From contig NC_068991.1 of the NCBI RefSeq assembly GCF_001194135.2, positions 48,980,671 through 49,043,882 on the forward strand: a stretch of 63,212 bases of DNA, read 5' to 3'. The position numbers and the translations under genes are program-made. Positions 49,551-60,623 of the stretch are shown here, piece after piece. The notes under the pieces are model-generated. The model had not been told where the DNA came from. It was given only the letters and a program-made list of their open reading frames with translations, and made no database searches. This DNA comes from Octopus bimaculoides. Lineage: Eukaryota. Each line of letters opens with the position of its first letter. Position 1 is the stretch's first letter.

Positions 49551-50404
49551 AAAAAAGTTATTAAAAAACAAAATTCATCTCATAAAAGCAGGATGTGTTT
49601 TTTTGGTAAAACCGCAGAAAACGATCGCAAGACAGTCTTCAAGCCAAAACCAAGCGGCAGGAGAATTAGGGCTAGACCACAAGCGAGATGGTTGGATAAT
49701 GACTAAAGTCTCAGTTGGTCACGCTTGAGACGGTTGCTTCTGACAGGGTCCTATGGAATAGATGCCTGAGGGATTTACTCCATGACTCTTCCAGAAATAG
49801 CGAACGGTGAAAATGGATGGTTAAGTTTGTCATTGATAGAGGTGAGACGATTGCTAACCATCAAGATTTGATTAAACGAAGCACAACATATAAAAAGAAA
49901 AGTGAAGAAAGAATCGAAAGGCAAACTAAACCTTGGTGCTATCTGAACTCTACGCACAAACACTTGGAACAAATACTGAGTGGCACACTATCCAAAGTTC
50001 TAATGATTCTGGCAATTCATCACCTTGCTAAATGCATATATCTGTTCTTAAGATAACGCTATACGAAGGCAGCGAGCTGGCAGAAGCGTTAGTAGCTTTT
50101 CATTTGTCTTTATCTTCTGAATTCATTTTCCATCGGGGTTGACATTAACTTTCATCCTCCCGGAAGTGCTTATTAGTTTTGGGAGGACTTAAACAAGTAA
50201 GAAATTCGTTTTATTCAATCTTTTTAAGGCAATATATATTTTTATTTTGAAAATCGGTATTCATTTCATCAGAGAAGCACCAAGTTAAATTATGATTATT
50301 GGCTGTACGACTAATTTCTTGATGTTACCCACGGGTGGCAAACGTATACGTTCAAAGTTACCCGTCATAAGAAGTGTAACTCTTTAGTATTAATATAATT
50401 TGCT

Positions 50405-50600
50405 TTAAAGACGGTCACCTGGCAGAATCGTTAGATTGTAGGTAAAAGTATTTTTCTATATTTCTTCTGACTCTATATTTTGAATTCAAATCTCGCCGAA
50501 ATCTGCTTTGCTTTTAATTCTCTCGGAGTCGACAAAAATAAAGTACCAGTCGAGTACTGACACACTCCGCTCAAAATTCCTGGACTTGTTCCTAAATAAG
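50405..50600 (+). mobile_element. Degenerate SINE family A copy
   Basis: CTGGCAGAATCGTTAG...GAATTCAAATCTCGCCG...AAGTACCAGTCGAGTACTG. Confidence 0.7.
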
Positions 50601-50689
50601 GAGCCATACATCCATCAATTTTCTCCATCCACTTATTCCTGCGCGGGTTCTATAGTTAGAGCCTCCTCCATATGTACTTATCAACAGCA

Positions 50690-50990
50690 ACCATCATTAC
50701 ACTTTCCAGCGTGACCAAATAAGTCTATGGATAGTATCCAACCATTTCATTTTTCGTCTATTCCTATGTCTCCTACTGGTTGGTTTGGCTTGAAAAATCC
50801 ATCTTGCGATTCTTTTCTGCGCCATTTTCATTACATATCCGTAACATATCTCGATGTTGTGAAGTAGCGGCTCAATCCGAAAAAACTCGGGAATCACCGA
50901 ACAGCTTACCCTGTCGAGTAACATTACTCTAGAGACCCTTCGGACGAACATCACTCATGTTAATTCTTCCTTCAATGTTGCGTGGTCGAA
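50690..50990 (-). mobile_element. RTE-clade (Rex3-like) LINE fragment, same family type as 27105-27860
   Basis: ORF 50697-50954: MFVRRVSRVMLLDRVSCSVI...IEPLL...QKRIARWIFQAKPTSRR...WLDTIHRLIWSRW. Confidence 0.8.
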
Positions 50991-51616
50991 TCTCGCTTGA
51001 ATATACACAACCATTGTATATATCAGTAATATATCTGCTCGACTGCGCGAACCATTCTTGTATAAAAATCAGATTTACAAATCTTTTTATATACGAAATA
51101 AATTAACAACTATCATGGTCCAAGACTATCATAACAGCACTCACATCTGCTGCTTTGATCAATCTGTTCTGTGATCACTGAACAATTTTAAACTTGATGT
51201 GATCGAATTGAAATTTCCAGCCACGTATAAAACTCATAAAGCTTGATTGATCCCAGTTATCGGAAGCCTGTACTGATTGGTTAAATTGGATAGTTTTATT
51301 TTAAATTGAAGTGAATACAATCAACAGTTGCCATCTGGTGTTTCGGCTTCTTTAATATCGACCTCAAATAAATATTGATGAAATGATATATTCGGAATAT
51401 TTCGATAAGATATTGGCTAAAATATATTACCATTTCCACATTCTGTGCATTTCAGCCATTTTGCATTTATGCATTTATACTCTCATTAGAAAGACTTACT
51501 ATTGGCATTTCAAACGCGCGCGCGCAGACACATACATATACACGCGCACACATGCACACACGCACGCACACATATATATATGTGCATGTATGCGCCTATG
51601 TATATATGTATATAAG

Positions 51617-51649
<33 letters not shown>

Positions 51650-52065
51650 GGAAAACGAATTTCCGAATCAATCAGGTACAACCCTTCAGCATTACATGCA
51701 TCTGAATATCGTACCTTGGGAGTCTTCTTTATCATATATTTATATATTTATCTAGAAATATACAAAGTATCGAATAAAAGTCAATAATAATTCAGTTTGG
51801 TGGGATTAATAGATATGCGGGTATTCTATTTCAGATAATACAAAAAAAAAAAAATAACCTAATGAGTATATCTGAAAGTAAGCTCATGGTATCCATTTGC
51901 ACATCATAAAATAATGCTTTAAAGGATATGACCAGTATATCAGCAGGGTACATAATATAATTCTTTAATTATTTCCATCTTAAGCTAACACTTAAATTTA
52001 TTAATTATGACGGAACTACACGTGTTTCAGTATTGGAAGATTACAATATATATACATACACACAA

Positions 52066-52110
<45 letters not shown>

Positions 52111-52113
<3 letters not shown>

Positions 52114-52300
52114 GAGAATTTATGAAAAAACAACAACAAACGAGGACAGGTGGTGTAAGCAACAAAAGGATGTATTAGTTTAACGCTCGGGAATAGAGAA
52201 AGTCTTTAACGTTTCGAGCTACGCTCTTCAACAGAAAGAATAAAGAGAAAAACAAGGAGAAAAACAAGGAGAAAAACACGGAGAAAAAAATTTGAATGTT
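52111..52300 (-). mobile_element. Penelope-like terminal repeat fragment abutting (TA)n, with a hammerhead-shaped motif
   Basis: Reverse complement contains CTTT-CTGTTGA-A-GAGCGTAGCTC-GAAAC-GTT-AAAG. It is homologous, in the opposite orientation, to 56050-56222. Confidence 0.55.
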
Positions 52301-52582
52301 GTGGTCATATATATATATATCTATATATAAATATATATATATGCAATCATCAGATTTACAATTATTCCAACACATCTGCAGGTTCTTTTTCAAAGTATTG
52401 TTAATCTGATTTTACATCCCTTCAAAAAATATGCAACAAATTAAACGTTAAAAATTGAAAATTAAAAATTAAAAATAAAAATTATACTTTGTAATATTAT
52501 GAATTAAAACTTATAAATTATACATTATAAATATGAATTAGTATATATATCAACTTTATATGTATGCATGTGTCTATATACG

Positions 52583-52621
<39 letters not shown>

Positions 52622-52647
52622 ATACGTAAATATGTATATGTGTGCAC

Positions 52648-52687
<40 letters not shown>

Positions 52688-52874
52688 NNNNNNNNNNNNN
52701 NNNNNNNNNNNNNNNNNNNNNNNNNNNNNNNNNTATATATATTATATTATATTATATCATATTATATTGATAAATATTAAACCGAAATAGATTCAGTACT
52801 AATTTGTTTTGGCTATACACACGTGGCCGAGATGAACGTGTGAGAATATCTGAAATAAACTCGACTGCTCTCAC

Positions 52875-53131
52875 AAACTAGAATACTAAAAATGAACTCG
52901 ACCGATCTCAAAAGTTTTTTTAAAAAACTGGAAAAATAATCCAGATCCCTTGTCTTGTATCGGATCAGTCCCAAAATTTAATCAGTTCATGCCAGTCACG
53001 AGGCCAAACATCCCTGAAAGTTTCATTCGAATCCATCTAGCGATTCTTGAGATAATTGTCTACGGGCAAACAAACAGACAAACAAATACGACTGAAAACA
53101 ATACCTCCGCCTTCGCTAAGGCGGTGGTAAT
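52875..53131 (+). mobile_element. Helentron/DINE-1-like non-autonomous element (5' boundary uncertain)
   Basis: Internal (CAAA/CAGA)n tract followed by a terminal stem-loop TACC-T-CCGCCTT-CGCT-AAGGCGG-T-GGTA (53102-53129), the layout typical of HINE/DINE elements. Confidence 0.55.
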
Positions 53132-54742
53132 AATGACGTAAAATCTTTTTGCAACTGCAGTGTCTTTATAGTAGTGTGTTCAACTCCAAATAATGTTATT
53201 GTCTATAAGAACTGAGTACAGTTTTGTAACATGGAAGTCGAATTTGTTCGTAAATAAATACCTTGAAAATTGCCAAACACCTACCATGATGCCAGTTAAG
53301 AACTATTTTTTCGTTGGTTGGTGTTTTTTATTAACTTATCAATTGTGGTTGTCTTAGAGATAACTGAAATCAGCTCCCTGCCAAGACTGTTATTTCAATA
53401 CTTTGCAATCGAAAATATTTTCTATACTATAAAACATTTCATTGAACTAACATTGTTGACATAAATATCACTAATCAGTAAACGTAAAATAGTTTGTTTT
53501 TTAACTCTACTGTAGCCACAATGCCCCTGCTGCTGTCTTGTTTGTTAACTAATGGCAGTGTTACGAAACAGAGTTTCATTTTATTTGATTTGATTTTTTC
53601 TACTTTTCAGTGACTAGAATTTTGTTTATTTGCTACCAAACCGTCACTGGACTCACAAGCCGTTTTCATTTAGGAAATAATCTCCATCTATGGCAGGTGT
53701 ACGAAGGCGATATAAATGTAAAATGGTATTTGAAATAATGCAATACTGTCTAGTAATTGTTTGTTGATTTTGCTCAACGACGGGTATGAGCACAATTTCA
53801 TCTAATAACAAGCACTTAGTGTGTGCTCCACTTAAACTAGAGTTCAAAACTTTGATAAGTATTAAAAATTGTTTTCTATGTATTTCATTTTCCAAATCAG
53901 AGTGCGTCTTCCACGACTCAGCGTCTACGAAGATACTTAATACTCTCATTCTAAAGGTAAGTATAAAGAAATTCCAAATTCTAAGTTCTTTATCTTGTAT
54001 GATTTAGAAGAAAGTATATTCACAATTTTTGGAAGTAAACACATCTTCATGTGTGTCTTCATTTGTGCAATAAAGAATCAGTTATGCTACACGTCGTAAT
54101 TCCATTTAAACTTTGGTCTTCTTGCAGCTCAAATCTTGTTTATCAACTGAAGATAGCGCTACACCAGTATTCATAAGAATCACAAGTACAAACTAACAAG
54201 AATAAGTAAGGAAAACTGAGGTGAAGTATAATAGATGGGATGCTGCAATGTGCGAAGCGTTTTAGACTTTCAGAATATTTAGGTGGTGCGTATTGCTAAA
54301 TAACAGGTGGTTATGAAGGGTGGAAAAGAAACGAAAGACATGAAAGGAGTTAAAGCTGGAAAAAAAATTAAAAGATGAGAGAAAGATAGAGAAAAATATT
54401 AACATCCTAGCGACATGATGTGAGGCGTGATCAAGCATCGTTATGAATGCTGACTGATATATACTCTACAATATAAAAAGTTATAATACATTTTACATTT
54501 TATAAGTATATAGAATACAAAAGAAAACAAGATCATTTAGGTCGATATATTTATGGTTATTGGGATATACTCTTAAATACATATACACGCATACACATCT
54601 ATGCGTGTATGTAGTTTATCCAGTATATTCGATATTCATCTTTATCGTATATTTTATGAATATACACATTGATCATATACCCGGCTAACTAGCCGTAGAG
54701 ATCTCTAAATGGATATATACCCCGACTAGACGAGCTAAGATC

Positions 54743-54819
<77 letters not shown>

Positions 54820-55449
54820 ATGTAATTAGAGTTACAAGGTGAATTAGCACATACATATTGTAAACGTTCTATCATATAAACTGGAAACGTTCCCTATGTC
54901 TATCCCAGGCCTTTAGTTATTCCCGTTTTGGTGCAGGTAAACATCTATAATGCGGTAGGACATCAATCACAGCACCGGCTGAGGAGCTAAACTGCTGTCG
55001 AAACATAGTCAAGGGAAGGCATCCATAGCTAAATATATCCACATGTCCTTTTTATGGTATTTTCGAAGGTATCTGTATCCGTCATAAATGCAACCACCTT
55101 AGTCATAGAGTATACTCAGTCGATAACTTTTCCCTAGTAAGAACGAACTAAATACAATATGTATAGCAAGAGAGTCTATAAATATATGTATATATATACA
55201 TATATACATACATACATGCATGCATATAGATATATATACATACACACATATATATGTATATATACATATATGTATGTACGTATATATATANNNNNNNNNN
55301 NNNNNNNNNNNNNNNNNNNNNNNNNNNNNNNNNNNNNNNNNNNNNNNNNNNNNNNNNNNNNNNNNNNNNNNNNNNNNNNNNNNNNNNNNNNNNNNNNNNN
55401 NNNNNNNNNNNNNNNNNNNNNNNNNNNNNNNNNNNNNNNNNNNNNNNNN

Positions 55450-55830
55450 AGGATATTTATTATATCCCTTCATCGGAGACGGTGTGAGAAGATGGTTAAT
55501 CTGTAGTTAATTTAGATAACTTATTTAAATAACACTTTAAATAAAACTCTTGATTCGTTAGCAATGTGTACAAACTCTTGGAATGACCAATTTTAGATAC
55601 TATTGGATTTTACTCACAAGATATTGTAATCTTATATGTATACCATCCTGCCTAAATAATGGATTTGCAAATGCGATATCCCTGTATATCTCAGATCTAT
55701 TTTCATTCCTCCACTTAACTCTCTATTTCGTATCTCATCTAAATTAACTATTGCTTAACCATTTTCTCACATCGTCTCCGATGAAGGGTTATAATAAATA
55801 TCATGGAAACAGCTGTAAGACCTTCTATTT
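55450..55830. mobile_element. Inverted pair of Penelope-like termini (55450-55520 minus; 55735-55830 plus), each carrying a hammerhead-like core
   Basis: Both arms share CTAAATTAACTA...TTAACCAT.TTCTCACA.CGTCTCCGATGAAGGG.TATAATAAATATC in opposite orientations. Confidence 0.6.
55774..55821 (+). ncRNA. Type I hammerhead-ribozyme-like motif (U4C core variant, stem II partly decayed)
   Basis: GUCU | CCGAUGA | stem II | GAAAC-AGCU-GUA | AGAC. Stem I is GUCU/AGAC, the stem III loop AGCU is palindromic and the cleavage triplet is GUA. Confidence 0.5.
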
Positions 55831-56049
55831 ATAAATGTTCTAAAATCTTCATAGCCTTGGTTTTTTTATCTCATTCTGAAAGATATTTTTTTTATATATA
55901 CACAGGCTGGTATATGACCTACGTTGGACTTCTTATTCGCATCATCACCGAACCTGGAGCTTAACTATGGTCTATCCATAGCACTTACTCAGCATTACCT
56001 GGCATATTTGGGTCTTACTGACACCATTTCCGCTCATATATATATATAT

Positions 56050-56218
56050 AGCCACTAAACCTTTTTCTATTTTCTCTCCCTGTTTATTTCTGTGTTCCTT
56101 TCAGTCCGAGGAGCGTAGGCTCGAAACGTAAAAGACTTTCTCACTTCTCGAGCGTTAAACTAATACATCTGTTTGTTGTTTACACACCCGTCTTCGTCTT
56201 TTCTTCTTTTGTAAATTC

Positions 56219-56222
<4 letters not shown>
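56050..56222 (+). mobile_element. Penelope-like terminal repeat fragment abutting (TA)n
   Basis: GAGGAGCGTAGGCTCGAAACGTAAAAGACTTTCTC...GAGCGTTAAACTAATACATC; reverse-complement homolog of 52111-52300. Confidence 0.55.
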
Positions 56223-56253
<31 letters not shown>

Positions 56254-56443
56254 NNNNNNNNNNNNNNNNNNNNNNNNNNNNNNNNNNNNNNNNNNNNNNN
56301 NNNNNNNNNNNNNNNNNNNNNNNNNNNNNNNNNNNNNNNNNNNNNNNNNNNNNNNNNNNNNNNNNNNNNNNNNNNNNNNNNNNNNNNNNNNNNNNNNNNN
56401 NNNNNNNNNNNNNNNNNNNNNNNNNNNNNNNNNNNNNNNNNNN

Positions 56444-56509
<66 letters not shown>

Positions 56510-56867
56510 TTCATACGCACACAAGCACTTACATACACACATACAAACCATTTCTTATAACCAAACCCTAGTCTTCACACAGACCATCTCAGTACGCCTT
56601 TCTAGTATTACACTCCCATTCCACATCTGAATATATTTCTCACTCACTCTCTCTCTCTCCTTCTGTCTCCACCTCCACTTTCTGTACCCACAACTCTCCC
56701 TTCATCACTCCCACTCGACGCCGTTGTTCCTTGCATATACCTCTTTCCTTCCCCCTTTCTTTGTCTCACTTTCTCCCTCACTCTTCAGCTTTATGTCTCT
56801 GTCTTAATGTCTCACGTTTCGTTCTCTTCTGTTTCTCGTTTCTCTCTCTCTTTCCAACTTTCTCACC

Positions 56868-56907
<40 letters not shown>

Positions 56908-57204
56908 TTCTCTCTATTTCTATCTCTCTCTCCCTCTCTTTCACTCACTCATTCTTTATCTCTCTCCTTTTCCTTTCTCAATCACGATTCAGTTTTTCAT
57001 ATTTTTTATATTCGTTTTTACTTCTTTCTTAAACTAATTTATTTATTTATTTTTTTACTTATTTTTACCTTTTCTGCTTTCAGTTTTCATTCCCAATCAT
57101 TTATTTCATATTTTTATATCATTTTTATACGTTTTAGAATATTTTTCTCTGTGATTTTCGGTTGACATTTTTGCGTTTCGTATGTTCATTTGTGTAATAT
57201 TTAA

Positions 57205-57625
57205 GGAAAATGCGTGGCTGTGTGGTAAGAAACTTGTTTCCCAACCACATGTTTCCGGGTTCAGTCCCACTGCGTGGCCCCTTGGGGAAGTGTCTTCTAC
57301 TATAGCCTCGGGCCGACCAAGACCTTGTGAATGGATTTGGTAGACGGAAACTGAAAGAATCCCTTCGTACGCATATATTTATATGTGTGCGTTTATGTGT
57401 GTGTTTGTCTCACTGTTATCGCTTGACAACTGATGCTGGTGTCTTTATGTCCCTGTAAGTTAACGATTCGGCAAAAGAAACAGATAGAAAAAGTTCTAGG
57501 CTTACAAAGAATAAGTCCTGGGGTCGATTTCTTAGGCAAAATCCCTTCAAGGTGGTGCTCCAGCATGGCCGCAGTCAAATGACGGAGACAACTGAAAGAA
57601 CAAAAGAATCAAAGAATCAAAGAAT
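57205..57625 (+). mobile_element. Full-length SINE family B copy (tRNA head, internal microsatellite, (AAAGAAT)-type tail)
   Basis: GTGGCTGTGTGGTAAGAAAC (A box), GGGTTCAGTCCC (B box), GACGGAAACTGAAAGA, GGTGGTGCTCCAGCATGGCCGCAGTCAAATGAC, then AAAGAATC repeats. Confidence 0.9.
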
Positions 57626-58276
57626 ATATTTGTGTACATGCATATTTAAATATAGCATATATATACATATACATACATCAGCACGTATGCGTGAGTGAAG
57701 GCGTGGCCTGTGTGAGGGTGGAAGACGCACGTGGATGTACAATGCATGCTGCTGTATGTGCACTCAACATGAAAAAATGTGTTTATATGACCGCATATAA
57801 GTGCATAAGTATGCAAGTATATTTTATATATACGTGTGTATATGTGTATACATATTCATATATCCATACACATATGTATACATGTTTGTGTGTGTATACC
57901 CATATATATGTGTATGTGTGTGTGTTTATATATTTTTTTGTTTGTATATTATATGTATAACATAGGCGCATACAACCTTACGAGCACATGCAAGCAAATA
58001 CATTTATATTCATTATAAATATATGGCAGTCAAGCTTCCCCATACACACAAGATAGTAGGCTTGTAAAAGCTTGTGTATGTGTACGGAGCGTGTTTATAA
58101 ACATACATGAGACTTGTATCCAGCATAAATATGCATCAGAACATTTGGAAAATATGATGTATATTTTGATAGATAGAAATATATACCTATCTATGTATCA
58201 AAATGTACATAAAAATGCATACATATATATAAATACACACACACACATATACGTACATACACATATACATATATGT

Positions 58277-58315
<39 letters not shown>

Positions 58316-58980
58316 NNNNNNNNNNNNNNNNNNNNNNNNNNNNNNNNNNNNNNNNNNNNNNNNNNNNNNNNNNNNNNNNNNNNNNNNNNNNNNNNNNNNN
58401 NNNNNNNNNNNNNNNNNNNNNNNNNNNNNNNNNNNNNNNNNNNNNNNNNNNNNNNNNNNNNNNNNNNNNNNNNNNNNNNNNNNNNNNNNNNNNNNNNNNN
58501 NNNNNNNNNNNNNNNNNNNNNNNNNNNNNNNNNNNNNNNNNNNNNNNNNNNNNNNNNNNNNNNNNNNNNNNNNNNNNNNNNNNNNNNNNNNNNNNNNNNN
58601 NNNNNNNNNNNNNNNNNNNNNNNNNNNNNNNNNNNNNNNNNNNNNNNNNNNNNNNNNNNNNNNNNNNNNNNNNNNNNNNNNNNNNNNNNNNNNNNNNNNN
58701 NNNNNNNNNNNNNNNNNNNNNNNNNNNNNNNNNNNNNNNNNNNNNNNNNNNNNNNNNNNNNNNNNNNNNNNNNNNNNNNNNNNNNNNNNNNNNNNNNNNN
58801 NNNNNNNNNNNNNNNNNNNNNNNNNNNNNNNNNNNNNNNNNNNNNNNNNNNNNNNNNNNNNNNNNNNNNNNNNNNNNNNNNNNNNNNNNNNNNNNNNNNN
58901 NNNNNNNNNNNNNNNNNNNNNNNNNNNNNNNNNNNNNNNNNNNNNNNNNNNNNNNNNNNNNNNNNNNNNNNNTATATATA

Positions 58981-59258
58981 TTGATAGAAATGGTAAGACA
59001 ACAAAAGAATGAAAGAGACCTCGATATTATGTAAATAGAGGAATTTATCTGTAAATATAATGTGTGACAATTATACGGTAGCCATGATACAACTCCGAGT
59101 TTCGGATGCCGGCATGGGTTTCCACCCCGACATCCGAAAGTCGGAGTTTTATCATAGCTACCGAATAATTGTCACATATTATATTTACAGATACATTCCT
59201 CTATTTACATAATATCGAGGTCTCTTTCATTCTTTTGTTGTCTTACCATTTCTATCAA
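58981..59258. repeat. Near-perfect 278-bp palindrome flanked by (TA)n
   Basis: Arms 58981-59112 and 59127-59258 (132 bp each) have 7 mismatches by my count, no indels, and a 14-nt loop. Confidence 0.95.
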
Positions 59259-59934
59259 TATATATATATATACACACACATATATATTGTCAGTCCAATG
59301 GAGCTATAACCTCATTACAGAATATGTAATCCAGGAGATTCCACTGGTTGATTTCTACCATATGATACGAAGGTCACTTGTATAAATTAAGGATTATTAT
59401 AATTATATATATTATTAATATTGAAGGAAAGAAAATGGAGAGAATTAAATGTGTGAAAAATGTATTTGTATGTTAAAAAATGTTGAAACATTTATTTTAA
59501 AAACATTAAAATATATTCCTGTTTTATCCCCTAGTTAATTAAAAATTCTAAGCATTTGGTTAAATGCTAAAAAAAATATCATACTCTAGCTATATGGGGT
59601 AGAATTTCTTCAGGGTTTTTTATGAGCTTGTACGGCTCAGGTTATCATTTTTAAAGGATGCATGGAGAGTTTGTAGTGGGTTAAAGAAGTTAAATGCTAT
59701 ATATAATAAGTGTATCTAGGGGTGAGTTATAAATATTCATGAATTGATCTTATATTAGAAAATAACATAAAAAGTAAAATAAAATAATAACGATAAGAAA
59801 CATAAAATAAAAATAGAATAACATAATATAATGAAATAAAACAAAGTAAAAACTAATTAAAAGTAGAAATACATAAATAGATGGAAATTAGGTAATACAT
59901 ATGTATATACATATATATATAGATGTGTGTGTGT

Positions 59935-60489
59935 ATGTGTGCATGTATATGTAAGATATATGTAGGAAAAAAATATATTGCTTCGAAAAAAAGAAAAAAA
60001 GGAAAATATATATGCATAAGATATAAATAAATAAATAATCATTTGAAAGGAGAAGAAAAATAACACTTTAGAATGTGGGGGAGACTAAAACTAATATAGT
60101 AAATAAATGAATGATAGGTGAGAAGATAAAGATTATTATACAACGGTTTTATAAAAATAAATCGATTTTTTCTATTAGTTTGTTGATAGATACAGTTGTG
60201 GAAAAGTAATGATGAGTAGCAATATGGGGTGTAATGAGGATCGGGGATAGACGAAAGTTTGAAAATTTACCGTTATGATATGTATCTAGTACAACTTAGC
60301 TTATAAGCGGTTATTCGTAGGTATGTATATATAAACTATACTATTTTATATAGAGATTGTTAACATTAACAATATTCAGAAACAGACTAGAATTGAAGTG
60401 CTCAAAATGAGCTAAGTTCCAATTTATAATTTGAATGGAGGCAATACGAGCGGAAAACTAGAACGCCACGCATTCTTTTCGAAGTAAGT

Positions 60490-60553
<64 letters not shown>

Positions 60554-60585
60554 TTAGTAAATAGTGGTGTTGTGTTAACTTTCAT

Positions 60586-60623
<38 letters not shown>

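Noticed and set aside
510-59070. Numerous long ORFs containing X runs or YI/CV/HT/MYVC repeats
   Set aside because: They are translations of assembly gaps and di- or tetranucleotide repeats.
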